Notes under the pieces: generated by a model
What the model was told of the DNA's origin: nothing
What the model saw: only the letters and a program-made list of their open reading frames with translations
Database searches by the model: none
Shown here: one piece after another, positions 51,081 to 64,000 of the stretch
Layout of the letters: each line of letters opens with the position of its first letter
Position numbering within the stretch: position 1 is the first letter of the stretch
NCBI GenBank assembly: GCA_013265495.1
Contig: MU058065.1
Span: 1,139,527-1,203,526 of the forward strand
Source: Vicugna vicugna
Lineage: Eukaryota
Reading direction: 5' to 3'
Length of the DNA stretch: 64,000 bases
Position numbers and translations under genes: made by a program

Positions 51081-53869
51081 TTTTCCAGAAAGCAGCATTG
51101 TAGGCTTGCTCGTTGGCCAACCTGGGCTCTGGCAAGTAAGTTTGAGAAATGCTAGGAATACAGGGCAAAAATGAAAGGTTTGTTTCCTGTACAACTTCTC
51201 AGAGCTTCTAAGATGAGGAAGTGCATGATGGGACATAACGAAGATGGGAAAACATCTGTCTTATTTCCCAAATGTAAAGTCAGAGAGCTTCGATAGGCAA
51301 GGAGTGTCTCTGAAGGACTAGTGTCTCATGGAACACACTTTGGGAAATGATCTCTTCTTGCTGTCACATCAATTAGGGGAACCTCCTTGGGAGGCTGGAT
51401 TTACACAAACTCTAAAGTTATTCTGTCATCGAGAGGAAACTGCACTCAGCAGCTTAGACATACTCAGTTCTTGTGTCAGTAGAAGCTATGTGATCACTAT
51501 CTCTGCCTGTTACTCAGTCGCCTTGCCTACATTCTCCTCCCTGGAGTCCCACTGGACATATTGTGTACGCTTGTTCCTTTACTTCTTGGGTTCTGAGTTC
51601 CTGCACACTCATTCTTTGCCTTAGCAAGTCTTTATAATTTGTTCTTTGATTTACAGAATTTTGTAGGTGTGTGAAATGATTCTTCTTTCTTTTTGAAATC
51701 TCAGTCCTAATTTCATCCAACTTATTGCCGTTCAAGTCCTGTTGTTCCATCCTGCCCTTTAATTTCTGTTGACGTATGGTCCCTGACTATTCTCTAAATG
51801 CTTACTCTGAGACCTGTCAATATTTGTGTCTTTTGGACTCTAACCTACCTGGCTATCTTCAACCAATCATTTTCCTTTGACTGAGTTAGACGTATCTAAG
51901 GCTCCAATGTCTCTACTCACTCAAACCCTGATGACCTTTGATATACTCTGGATTTCTGTTCTGCTCTGACTAACCCTCCACTCCTAGTTCATCCTCTACT
52001 CTCTGTTTCAACCTTAGCTTCATTTTCTGGTCCGAGTTCCCTGCCTTGTGTTCCCAATACATCATGTGACATAGTCCTTATGTAAACATATGTATGTCCT
52101 TTTTTATATCTTTCATTAAATAAATGATCTTCATTAGAATTTAGTATTAGTAAAAAGTTTATACTTTTAGAAAATTAATATGCACTGTAAAAGCTATAAC
52201 TTTCTTAAATGATCATGTCTGCATAAAGTTGGTTATTCATCAATGTGATCATTGGGATGTGCCTTCCTCTATCCGTGTCAGCTCTGGGAAGTACGAGTCT
52301 TGTCTTGAAGAAGAATGAAGCAACTTCCACAAGGACTGCCTTTTCACTGCAAGCCCAACCCCTGTGCATGAGGCCAAGCACCAGCGGGGCACACGGTCAC
52401 CTTTTCCAGCATGACATTGACTTCAGCGAACTCAAATTATTGTTCCTTTTTTAACTGCCTCACTTGGCAGGAACAACCCATTCACATGCCAGTTTGAACA
52501 GAGACAGGAGTTGAGCAAAGGAGACTTTAGGGAGAGGCACCTTACAGTGTATCAAGCCGTAAGCATCAACAGCTTACATTTTTAATCTAAAAATCACTTC
52601 CCAAACTTGCTACATGACTTGGAACTCATACAGATTACATCTGTAGGCATTTCAAAGCTGAAAATTCCTAATGAACACCCAGCAATCCAGAAGGGTATCA
52701 TCCCAGAAAAACCTGCTGGTTGCCCAGACACATCCTTACAGGGAGGCATGGTAATGCTTGGTGAATTCCCAATGGTCGTGAGCAAGAGTCCTTTTCATAT
52801 GGCTCTCCTTAATAAGCAAATGCAGATTTTCAGCTTGAAGTTGAAGCTGCCAGTGGCACTCAAGTCCTGGTCATACCATAGTTCCCTGCACACTGGTATG
52901 GACCTGCCCCTGGTGAGAGGTTTTGTTCCCAGCCTAATCTAATCTGTTTGTACAGGAAGTGGATTTGTCCCTCAGTGATGGCTTCAGGTTAACCAAATTC
53001 CCATAGACTTCTGTATAAAACAATGGGACATGGGAATCTCCCATTGTTTTATCCATAAGGAGTTTCCCATCAGAAGTACAATTTACCCAAACTGGGCAAC
53101 ATTCTTAGTATTCTGGGCAAATTTGCCAATATTGACCTGGAAGAACTAAATCCTTTGGCAATTTTGAGATCAGATAAATTCCATCCAGGGGACCTCATAG
53201 CTCAGCTATCCTTGGCCACTGCCTCAGATGTCACACTGCCCCCCAAAACAGTCTTTTTTCCCTTTCTCCCAAACGTTGGGTCTTTCCTCAAGCCTGTGCC
53301 TTACATTATGCATTTCAATCTATTTCATTCTCTCCTTGACCTTATCCTAACTTCACATAATTTTTCTAGTTCTTGTACCATTCTACCCTGTACTCTGTTA
53401 CCCATTAATAAAAACCTATTAATAAAAACCTCTATGCATGAAAAAGTCTGTACTATTTTTTACAACTCCTTAGCTGAAAAAAAAAAAGCAACTCTTTGTA
53501 GAAAAAGCTTTTGTTTTGTTTTCCTTTGCTGATATTTGAAACCAAACCATCATATTCCTGAGTCCACATGTTTAACCCTACATCATTTGGTCAAAACCAT
53601 ATTTTGCAGCATTGCCAAAAATTATCGAGTAAGATTTTCATTGTCATTCATTAACTGTTAGTGTCAGATGAAACTCTTCATTTACTCTACCTGATGGGCC
53701 CCATGATCGGAAGGTAGCATCAGCAGCCCCCTAAGGGCACCATGCTGCTCGCATTCAGCCTGCCATCCTTACGCAAAAAACAAAACAAAACAAAACAAAA
53801 CGCTGGTCCCTAGAGTTTCTTTTTAATTGAGGATGAGTCATGTGGGTCACCATGTCCCCATCTACTCCA

Positions 53870-55110
53870 CATCTTGTCATCATTATGGGAATCTTCAATG
53901 TCCAATGGAAACGGACTCATTCTTACCTCTAATTTCCTTAGTGTCTTCATTTGCAACAACTTTTGCTTCTGTTTAACATCAATGAGCTACCTCCATGGCT
54001 TTAGCCTGAAATCTGTGGTGACCCAGAACTCTCTACCACTGAAAGAATTAATTCAGATAACCTATTCTGTGATCACAAATTTCCATCCTTTCAGATCCCT
54101 TTTTCACTCTTTTTCTTACTCATGTTCTGCTCCCTTGTACTTTAACTTCAGTGAAATTCCAAATTTTAGCCTTTCTACCTTCTCTCTAATTACGAGGCCA
54201 TTTCTGTCTTAATGTTCTTTTTTATTTGGCTTAGATTCCATGATCTATCTCTATAACTATACTCTTTCCCATATCTTCAACTTCTTTTCTCCCAGTACAT
54301 CATTTAAATACAACTTTCAAAAACCCAGCTCATAAAAATTTGTTCTTTTCCATAGCCTAATCCAAGATCCTGGGCACAATGAGAAAACCCATCACTGGTT
54401 GGGTAATTTGTTGACATTGTATGTTCATGGTCTCCAACCTAAACTCAACCTTCAGTGATGCTGGCACTCTCTGTGCTTCTTCATGTAGCTCCCTCTCCCA
54501 ATCTGCCCATCAACAATGCCACACCTTTTTCACTGTCCTCAAACCCTCAACTGTCTCCTCCACATCCCTCAAACACATCGACTCACTCAGACTCATACAA
54601 GAAATGCATCCATCATCTCTCCCCTGCTTCTGTCTCCAGCACGCCTCACTCACCCAGTACATTTTCTTTCAGTCTCACTAAACTTCTTTGAGTTTCTGAA
54701 ACCCATTATTCTTGGGAGCTTCTGATCATGTTTCTCATTTTGGCTTAGAACAGTCTTTTCCCTAATCTTGTCCTGGGTAACTTCTACTCATCACACAGGT
54801 CTTAATTCAGTTATTACTTCACCCAGGAAGCATTACTGACACTCTAATTCTGGTTTGGGTGCACAACCAAAAGTCTTCCAAAGCATGTGCATCTTCTATC
54901 ATAATACTTTTTTTTTTTTGAAGAACTGAAAGTTACATATTAAAAGGCACTAAAGAGACTTGGCAACTAAAGTCAGTACATGATCTGAACTGCCTATCTG
55001 CACTATGCTGTTCTATTATCTATACTCTTCTGGCATAATTCTTAGTATCAAAAACAGGTCAGGGTGCAATTAATATGTGTTGAGTGAAAGAGTAGATGGA
55101 TGAACAAATC
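53870..55110 (+). mobile_element. Degraded L2 LINE, with a short L1MC-like piece near 54925-54992
   Basis: Pyrimidine-rich L2-like body ('ttagattccatgatc', 'ttcatggtctccaacct', 'taacttctactcatc..caggtctt') ending 'tgttgagtgaa..gatggatgaa'. Confidence 0.6.
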
Positions 55111-56184
55111 ATTTAGATTATCTTCCTGTTTCACCCTTGGACTTGAGATGAAAATATTTTAAAGATACCTACCATGTTTAATTCTTAATTCTTTCACTTA
55201 GAGACAAAGAAAGAGATGTGAGTCATTATCTACCATAACATTTTGGTATTTTTATCTCTAGAAATTAAAACAATGCAAAGGCCTATATAAAAACATCAGT
55301 CATTTGTCAATGATCTTGCAATACTTGCCAAATAGGGTCTGTGAATTCGCAGTTCAGAGCCCAGAGTCTGAGTCTGCCACTGTGGTGTCATGGTGGGGGC
55401 AGCACTCTGTGAAGAAGGTGAGTGTCTATCTTTGATAAAGCTAAGGCACTTGCCAGAATCTTTGTTCTGTGTCAGGCTCTTAAAACCACTATAATAGCAC
55501 TGTGTGTGTATATGCGTATGTATATATATACATAATCTCCAAGTTTATCTATGGCATTATTTAATGTGTTTATTTTCAGACGAAATTTATCCATGTGCAT
55601 TAAAACACATCTGTCCCCAGTAAAGTTGAATATTCAGAGCCAACTAATAGTTTTGACACACCTACTAATTACTCAGTACTGGGTTGATATAGAAAAGGGT
55701 CCAGGACACATAGACTAAGATTTGATGTGAAACCTGCTATTAGAAACATACTCAGGATCTAAAGACAGGCACATGAAATAGCAGGAAAACACATGTTTTA
55801 AGCTGCTTATTTCAACCATAAGTATGTTCTACATTATTTCAGAAAGAAGAGGAAAGAGAAATAATTACCAGCATTTCCTCTGTAACTATCTGAACTGCAA
55901 CTCTCATCCATAAATTTCTTAGGGAAAGAGAGTTGAGATGAGGCAATGGTGAAAAGCAGACAGATCTAGGCTGGACATGACTTCTGACACGTATTAGCTC
56001 GTGAAGCAGGTGGAAGTTGACCTGAGAACTAGAAATACAAAAAAGGGCACTCTGACATCTTTTATACTGATAAAAGACAGGGAAATATAGAGGTCAGCAA
56101 GCATTTTTTTATTGACTATATGGAGGGAAATGATCAGAGTTAGATTAAAGAGTCAGATTTGGGGCCAGATTATGGCATGTTTAA

Positions 56185-56638
56185 TGTTATGAATTAAATT
56201 GTTCCCCCTCCAAATTCATATGTTGAAGTCCTGATGGCCAGTGCCTCATAATGTGACCTGATCTGGAAATAGGGTCATTGCAGATGTTAAGATGAGGTCA
56301 TATTGGAGTAGGGTGAGCCCCTAACCCAATATGATGGGGGTTCTTATAAAAAAGGGAAATTTGGACATACACACATGGCAAACACCATGTGAAGACAAAG
56401 GTAGAGATGGAGGTGATGCATCTACAAGTCAAGAAATGCTAAAGGTGGCCAGCAAGTCACCAGCAGCTGGGAGAGAGGCATGGACCAGCTTCTTCCTCAC
56501 CGCCCTTGGGAGGACCCAACCCTGCCAACATCCTGACATTGAACTTCTAGCCTCCATAGCTGTGAGACAATAAATTTCTGTTTTTTAAACCATCCAGTTT
56601 ACTGAACTTTGTTATGGCAGTCCTAGCAAACTAACTCA
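56185..56638 (+). mobile_element. MLT1B/C-like MaLR solo LTR
   Basis: 'tgttatgaattaaattgt..cccc...aattcatatgttgaagtcct...ggaaatagggtc..tgcagatg...ctgtgagacAATAAAtttctgtt...gttatggcagtcctagcaaactaactca'. Confidence 0.92.
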
Positions 56639-56859
56639 TTGTGAATGTTGATCCAGGGATTGTTTGACCTTTATTTTATAGGCAAAAGGAAAGCACAAAA
56701 AATGTCAGGGAAGAGACTTCATCGGTCCAATTAGGTTGGCTGTTGCATGTTAAATTGACTAAATGTGGGTGTAGGAACTAGAGACAGGGAGACCAACAAG
56801 AAGTCTGCAGCACAACCGCACGTCCCAGTGCCTGGCACCTCATAGGTGATCAATAAATA

Positions 56860-57070
56860 ATTATATTTTACATTTACTAGTACTTAATACCTGGTACATT
56901 ACATGCATCACCTCATTGAACTCTTGGAACCATCCCACAAGGGAGGTATTACCAAATATCCTCTTTTACAAATGAGCAAATTGATGCTCAAAAGGACTGA
57001 GTGGTGGAGCCAAAAATTAAATCCACATCTGTCTGTTTCCAAAGTCCAGGCTCTTTACCACTATGCTATT
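56860..57070 (-). mobile_element. MIR SINE
   Basis: 'ttttacaaatgagcaaattgatgctca...gtggagccaaaa..aaatcc..tctgtct..ttccaaagtccaggctcttt'. Confidence 0.7.
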
Positions 57071-59564
57071 TGGTCCTATAATAAATTTAAGTTTAATAAC
57101 TGAATGAGTGCACGTTATATGCTTGTGTATGTATGCATTACCTAAGTGTGACTGGGAAATACAGCAGCGAAGGGCCACTGCTGTAATATAAGTCTATCCC
57201 TTTATGTTATCAGAGTGGATACTTTACAGGGAAATTAATTAGTAAGAGGAATATCAATGTTTAGAAAATTAATAAGCATTTCAATAATTAGTAGTGATAT
57301 ACAATTTATTTTGCTAAAATAAAACTAAATCAACAAGTAGATTATAGCTATAGGTCTAAGGAGATTTGGGTATTTGACCAGTTGAGTCAAATTAAACAAT
57401 TAAGCCCATTTTAACCTCTACCTTGACTATGACTTTGAAGGCGGAACACAGCACTTGACTTTCTGGGGTCTCCATTTTAATTCACCCTCATTTGTATTTA
57501 TGATGCAAGTACAGTCAAGTTTCAGAAAACTTACATATTTATCTCTTTGCATAGGTCACTTTCCCTTTCTTACCTCCTCCTTTACTGCCATTTATATTGA
57601 ATAAAAAATGATACTTCTTAATGACCCCTTTGCTTAGTTTACTTCTAGTGTTTAATTTGATTAAAGACTATTTTTGAGGGCAAATGACAACTATCAGGGC
57701 TGTAAATTCAAAGGAGAAATGACACCAACAAAAGCAAAACACAGAAAAAAAATATATATATAAAAGTCTAGTAAAGAAGTTACAAATCACGCGTCAGGAT
57801 GCAGGAAGAGCAGGGTCATGAAACAATGACCTTCTCGCATCCCAGGACAATTTCCAGGCTTGTCTACGAGAGCATTCTCAGCTGTTTGTACAACAGCTTG
57901 TGAGAACAACAGTGTTCCCCCCAATGAAGGATGGATTCGGCGTTGACGTCTGGCACAGACAGGCAAATCAGATCATATCTGCAGGATGTCAAGTTGCTTT
58001 TTAATCGTACCAGTCCGTTTTTCATCTATATAAATGTATGTATATATGTGTGTGTATATGTGTGTGTATGTTGTTTTATGTAAAGAAACACATCAAATAT
58101 GTTAAATTATAATGTATAGCTTTGTACTATCTGCAACAACAGCACCGTCCATTTATTTATCTATTGTGAAATAACATGGTATGTAGTTTTCAGAGGAGCA
58201 AGTTCACAAAGAAAGTGCATTATCAGGAAACACCAGCTGGTCTAATAGAGCACCTCCAAGTTCATGCTGTACATTCCAGTGCTTGTTATTCATGCCAGGG
58301 ACAGAATGGACAATCAACCACTATTGGCTGAATGCATGAACAATTTCAAAATAAAGAAATTGCTTCTTCCATGATGGAAACGTTAAGCATTATGTTTTTT
58401 AAGTATTTCCTTTTAACACATCATCACACTTTCTAACTCAAAGAACAGCCCTTTCTAGCCCCTAAGTACTCAAAGTTCTGCTGGAATTTTAAGGAAAAAC
58501 TAAGTTTATTCTCCTAATTTATGTGTGGAAAGACTAGTCCTACCGTGACTGTTGGCTGATGGAAATTCCTAAACAGCTTTCAAGCCCCGTAGGAAGCTAC
58601 TGTAGCAGGGGGCAGAGGGGCAGCTGTCCCGGAGGCCAGCAAACACGGCTCCCAACACACCCCTTGAAGCATCCTCACTGGGCACCCAGTTTTCTTTACG
58701 TGGTGTCCTATGCATCACAGAAGAAAGACCTTGCCCTGTTCTCCTCCCTAACTCTTCTGAAGGCAACACAAAGAGCATTTCTCCTCAATATTCACACAAA
58801 CCCTCCCTTATCACTGAACGGGGGAAACTCACAGGCAGTTAAATGACAGTCATCCTTTTATTAAAATATATGGGCTCACGGTTTGATAGTTATAAAGATA
58901 CATGTTTTTCCCACTCATTCTATTCGCAGTCAGTTCTACATCCCACAAATACTGATCTTTACAAATCACTATTTAATGAAACAGCTGACATTTTAAGATT
59001 CGTACTGCTTGACTCTTACATTTTTTAAAGTCATTTATTCAGGACCATTTGGAAAAGCATTTGAAGACCATTAAATCCCAGAGCTTTAAGACTTTGCTGC
59101 TTGACTCTTAGGAAACAAACTAAGATATGTACACACACCACATTTAATACAATATTTACTATGAAATTTTAATATTTTAAAATTTGCTCTTTGAAACTTT
59201 TAGCTACACATTTATTGTTTAATTTATGATTGACTATAGTTTTTCAAGAATTGTCCCTATTCTAGGGTTTTGACAAAGGGAGAAAATCCAATGTTAATAT
59301 TGTTTTCAAAAGAAATAGCTTTTTATGAACACTGAATTAAATAATTAATGAATTTGCTCTAATTACAAATCATGGATATGTTATTAGATATTGATTAAAT
59401 TATAGTTTGGAGGGCTTGTTTTTTGGTATTTTGGGGGGAAATAACCTTTTTATAATTTCAAATATTCTTTAGAATTTTATATGTCCAAAGAACTGGGTAT
59501 AGAAGGAACATAAATATCTGTGTAAAACTTTGAGCTGTTCTATCAATATCCCTTTTTTTTTTTT

Positions 59565-59980
59565 TTTGCCCAGCTAAAAACTGCGTTTTCCAGCATCCCT
59601 TGCCACTAGGTGTAGTCTCATGACTAGGTCATTGCTCATGGGTAATGAGTGAAAGGGAATCATACAATTTTAGGCCATGCCTTAAAATAAAGGAACCTGA
59701 CTACCCTTTTCCCTTCCTGGTGTCTAAAATACAGATATGGCAGGACAAGATGCAGCAGAGAGTGATCTTAGATCACAAGGGGAAATTTGCATGAGAAGAC
59801 AGATGAATAAAACTATAAAAATATAAAGGAGTCTAGATTCAAACCATGGTGGAGATGTCATATCAGCCCCGGAATGTTTATGCCTGGACTGTCACAGAGG
59901 GACAAAGGAGGGAAAGTCCTTAACCTTACTTAAATCAAGATTATTTCTTCCTTGCTATAAAAGTTGAACTGGTATCATAA
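59565..59980 (+). mobile_element. Old ERVL LTR (LTR16/LTR33-like)
   Basis: 'cccagctaaaaactgcgttttccagcatcccttgccactaggtgtagtctcatgactagg' resembles the recalled LTR16/33 core. Confidence 0.6.
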
Positions 59981-61808
59981 GTGGGATTTTTGGAAGACGC
60001 AAGACTGAATCAGAGCTGGCTCCAGCTCTTAAGAAGATGTTCTGATAGAGAATATACATAGATACAGATACAGATACAGATTATAGATTATAGATCGATA
60101 TCTTAACATAGGTAGCAAAATGATCTCTGTTACCTTTTTTTCTACTGACCAACTATGAAGATATATGTATAACATGATCTGAGTGTATATACAAGATCAC
60201 TGATCAACTTCAGTAAAGACCTTTAAAAACTATTAGTGTTCTAAATTATACGGCGTCACATACACATTAGCAGTATGTACCTTAGAAACATGATTTAGTA
60301 TCGTCTCACATTTAATTCTAGTTTTCATGAATGTCAGATTTTGCTCACTGATGGGAACTCTTGGTCAATCCTTCCTATGTTCTGCTCCTCAACTTTTTTG
60401 CTGTTTTCACACTGGATGCAACATGGCCCTGCTTGTCTTCTAAGTGGGCCTCTTAATGCATAAATCCATTTGCAAATGAGTTCCCGGAACATACTAATGA
60501 TATTTTGTTCTGGGTCATTTCCAAAATGGTTGTAAGCAAGCAAGCTCATTTGAGAGAGAGAGAGAGAAAGAGAGGGAGGGAAAGAGATAAGAAAGAGTTA
60601 GTTTAGGGGCAGGCAATTACTCAGTGGCTGTTAACTAAAAACATTTGCACATAAACGTGATTACTTGGGAAACGGTAGTGGAGTCTGATTGACCGGCACT
60701 GGAAATTGAAAATGAACTCCCCTGAAGTTCAAAAGCTTGACCACAAATCACAAGAGTCATTAATTACCCTACGTAGGATCTTGGGATCGTGGGGGTTGCC
60801 TGGTCTGCTGTCTTTATATTCTTGAAAGTAGAGGAGGAAGGTGGAGTCCCAGCAAAGAATTAAAGCACAGAATTTAGTCAATAAAACTGATCCATAAACT
60901 GAAACTCTGAAAGAATGCCAAGAGTATACGATTTGTTGACGTGATTTGATTCCTCTATAGCAGAAGCACATGGAGAGCAGGTAACTGTGATGTGTTTAAT
61001 TCAAATGGCTTAAAATACCAGTCTGGGATTTGAAATAACTTTTGAAAAAGATGGAGCCACTGTGTTTTTCATCACTCTTTTCAAGAGATAGAATTGATAT
61101 GCATGATCTAAAAATTTTGTTTTCTTTTATTGGCTTTGTTTTGTTGCCATTTATGCCTGTATTTATTTTTGGTTTTGATTTTAATCAAATGAGTAAGTCA
61201 CTTTTTACTTAATAAGTAACTTTGATTCTATTAAAATAATGGCTAAGCAAACAATGTCCCCACATAAAATTGAAGAGGAGACTTTAAATCATTTGTGCAC
61301 ATTTCGACAATTTATGCTATGGGCATTTCTGATTTTTTTATCAGCTTTGGAAAGGCTGCATGTTATTCATATTCTAAGACACTGATAGGGAAATCAACAA
61401 GGTCTCGAACATTGCAAGACATTTTTTTTTCCAGTCATGGAGATGTCAAGAGAAAAGATTATTTTGAGACAATCTGAGATGGTAAATAAACCTTTAACTA
61501 TTGCATTCCAATTCTATATTGCATTCTACAATAAGAGTAAGTAACTGAGAGAGGGAGAGAGGGAGGTAGGGAAGGAGGGAAAAAAAGAGACACATACACA
61601 CAAGAAGATGAGTGAGCAGATCTAAAGAAAGCAGGGAATTGTAGGAATCAGAATAACTCGGGGTTTATCAGTTTACGCTGACACATTCCCTTGGCAAAGG
61701 CTGCTGACTGTAGGCAAAGTCACATGGTCGGGAGTCTGGTGTGTGTCAGCTTAAGAGCCCGTGAAGTTATTTGCCTCCAGACTAGCATGTGCACCATGTG
61801 ATGCTGGG

Positions 61809-61824
61809 GTTGCCATGGTAAATA
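61809..61824. promoter_or_regulatory. RFX X-box-like site overlapping a forkhead motif
   Basis: GTTGCCATGGTAAA (13/14 to GTTRCCATGGYAAC) overlapping GTAAATA. Confidence 0.4.
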
Positions 61825-62559
61825 CATAGTGTGCAACTGAGGGTTTTTTTTTTTAATATGCTGCTCTAGCATAGATGCACTAGAATTCAAATTAATACTA
61901 TAAGGAATTCACTGGAAGAGGAAATTTTAAGGGGATTTGGTTAAACATTCAGCACTTACACTAGATTCTATAAGCAAAGGTGCTATATCATTTATTATTT
62001 TCTCACATATGAAGAGTTTATTTTAAAATGGTCAATGGATTCTCAGCATGCACTTAAAAATGTATCAACCACAGTTTCATTGTTTCCTCTTTTGCTCTGT
62101 TGAGGCTTAAATTATTGAGGACTTATTGTTACTGGAATATTTTTTATTTCACAAGAAAATGATTCTTTCTGTTTTTGTTTTACAAAATGTCACAGACATT
62201 GCAAGACATTCCAGGTGGGCTGAACTTTTTGAAAACAATGATATCATTAAAAATTGGACATAAAAGCTGCTCTGAGAATCAGATCATGAGTTTGGAGCCT
62301 GCATGGTTCTTTCTGAGAGCTCAGAGGGTCCTGTCTGCTCTCTGCAGTGTCACCATGTAAAAGGGAAGCTTAGCATTCGGATCTTGAATTTGGAATCTGG
62401 CCTAAGTAGCCCAAGTGAACTGCCAAATTGGCTCAGGTAGAAGCAACTGATGGGTGGACCATCACCCATGTCTAAATCTCACCACCAAAATAATGCATTA
62501 TTTCCCCCCTCCTTATTCTCTTCTTTTTCAGAGTTACTTTTTGAAGTCAGTTACACCTG

Positions 62560-62750
62560 AGCTCAACCTCAATCCTGCACCTCACTCTGTGATCTTGGCA
62601 AATGTATTAAAGTCTCCAAGGCTCACCTTCTCTTATCTGTGAAATGGAGCAAGATAAAATCTAACTCATCTGGATTAAACAGACAGTGCATGTAAAAAAT
62701 GTATAGGATTTGCTATGAAATGAACACTAAATCAGTATCAGCTGATTCCT
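62560..62750 (+). mobile_element. MIR SINE
   Basis: 'ctgtgatcttggcaaatg...ctcaccttctcttatctgtgaaatgga...gcatgtaaa'. Confidence 0.7.
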
Positions 62751-63022
62751 TTATAACTGTTTATATCTTTCTTATATTGTGCACATTCTTGAAAACTAAC
62801 CATTCTAGAATTTCAAAAATCCCCCCAAAGTGCCCTTGAAGCTTTATTTTACATCTGGATCAATAACGCACCTAGAGAACTTGACTGTGAGTACAATTCT
62901 AAAGCCCAATTTCTTGTTGCTTTCAAATCATGCATTTGGGGAGGGCAGAATACCTGTGAAATTCCTTTCAGAAGAACTGGCCTGAGGGATTCCAATTAGG
63001 TCAACAAAAACCAATGGACGGA

Positions 63023-63236
63023 CCATGGCTTGGGAAATTATGGCCCACAGGCCAAATCTGGTCCTCCACTTGTTTTTCTAAATTAAGTTTTATTGGAATG
63101 CTGCCATGCTCATTGTGTTAATTATTAATGAAGGTGTTTTCATGCTTCAGTAGCAAAGTTGAGTAGTTGCCACGATGACTTTATGGTCCTCAAAGCCTAA
63201 AATAACCACCATCTGAAAATGCTTGATGACTCATGG
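63023..63236 (+). mobile_element. MER58A hAT-Charlie MITE
   Basis: 'aattatggcccacaggccaaatctgg...aagttttattggaa..gccatgctcatt...gcaaagttgagtagttgc...aaagcctaaaata'. Confidence 0.85.
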
Positions 63237-63859
63237 ACTAAAGGGTACCCGAGAAGGAAAGTACAGGTAGAGGGGGTTCCTAATAAACAAAGCTGCAAAA
63301 TGATGCTCAGAACTCTGATCTGTCATTTTTCCAAACTCCATCTTGATCCCATATCGAGAAGGAGCCCAGCCTAACAGTGAAGAGAGAGGAACCGTCGACT
63401 ATATGACTGGGACAAAAATGAAAATTTTAAACTATAAATGAGTAACTTCATCCCCTTCCTCACTTCCCAAGGAGGAAGAATGCTGTGTGGCAGGGCCAGC
63501 CCAGGGACCCCCTGTCTCGTGCAGAGTTCAGGTACTGCGCGAAGAATGGAGGAGAAAGGATGAACCTCTTTTGTTTCCTCATCAGACCCCAGTATCAGAG
63601 TTGCCTTGATCTGCACAAGAAGAGCTTAACCAGGGAGGAAGGGGGTGGAAAGAAGAGAGCCTGAGTTGTCTGGCGAGAAGACAATTAGGAGGTTAGAGAC
63701 AGGAAAGAGCATCGCTTTGTTAGGGTTTCTCTGGATAGAATGACCTGTTGGCTACTCTTTGAGAGTTTTCAGCAAAGATCTGTACCATATGAGCATCCCC
63801 TCAAATTACACCGTATCACTAACTTCCTATGAATTCATGAGTAAGTTCTCATGATATCA

Positions 63860-63970
63860 AACATTCACTTAAATATAATTATTGAGCATCTACTGTTCCA
63901 GGTGCTGCAGACACAGCAAAGCGAAGCTAACTCCTGCCTTCATGCTCTACGTATTTCAGTGGGCAAACTT
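63860..63970 (-). mobile_element. L2 3' end fragment
   Basis: 'cattcac...ttattgagcatctactgttccaggtgctg..gacacagca...cctgccttcatg'. Confidence 0.7.
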
Positions 63971-64000
63971 AACTTTCCTTTGCTGCTGTGAGTTCTAAGT

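Noticed and set aside
52607..52942. 111-aa ORF
   Set aside because: Non-ATG start, no splice support, no recognisable domain
1..64000. CRISPR arrays, operons, rRNA or other prokaryotic systems
   Set aside because: The sequence is mammalian; no repeat-spacer arrays or gene-dense ORFs seen

Overview
AT-rich, CpG-depleted mammalian non-coding DNA (large intron or intergenic region). A tRNA-derived Vic-1-like SINE and the form of the young L1 3' ends point to a camelid (alpaca/llama/camel); this is inferred from recalled repeat consensus, not from a search. I recognise no intact protein-coding gene. The only ORFs with a clear identity are a disrupted internal piece of L1 ORF2. The window holds old repeats (L2, MIR, MER5/MER20/MER58/MER63, MLT1, ERVL/ERV1 solo LTRs), younger L1 3' fragments with TSDs, and microsatellites. 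The most notable items are three structurally atypical L1 insertions, each nested in an old DNA-transposon remnant. (1) A tail-less internal ORF2 fragment is flanked by a perfect 13-bp duplication. (2) An L1 3'UTR has its G-rich tract replaced by about 530 bp of foreign GC-rich DNA. (3) An L1 has a chimeric 3' end. There are also a few candidate exons, hairpins and enhancer-like motif clusters, all unverified. Repeat family names come from remembered consensus sequences, and boundaries of old repeats are approximate.
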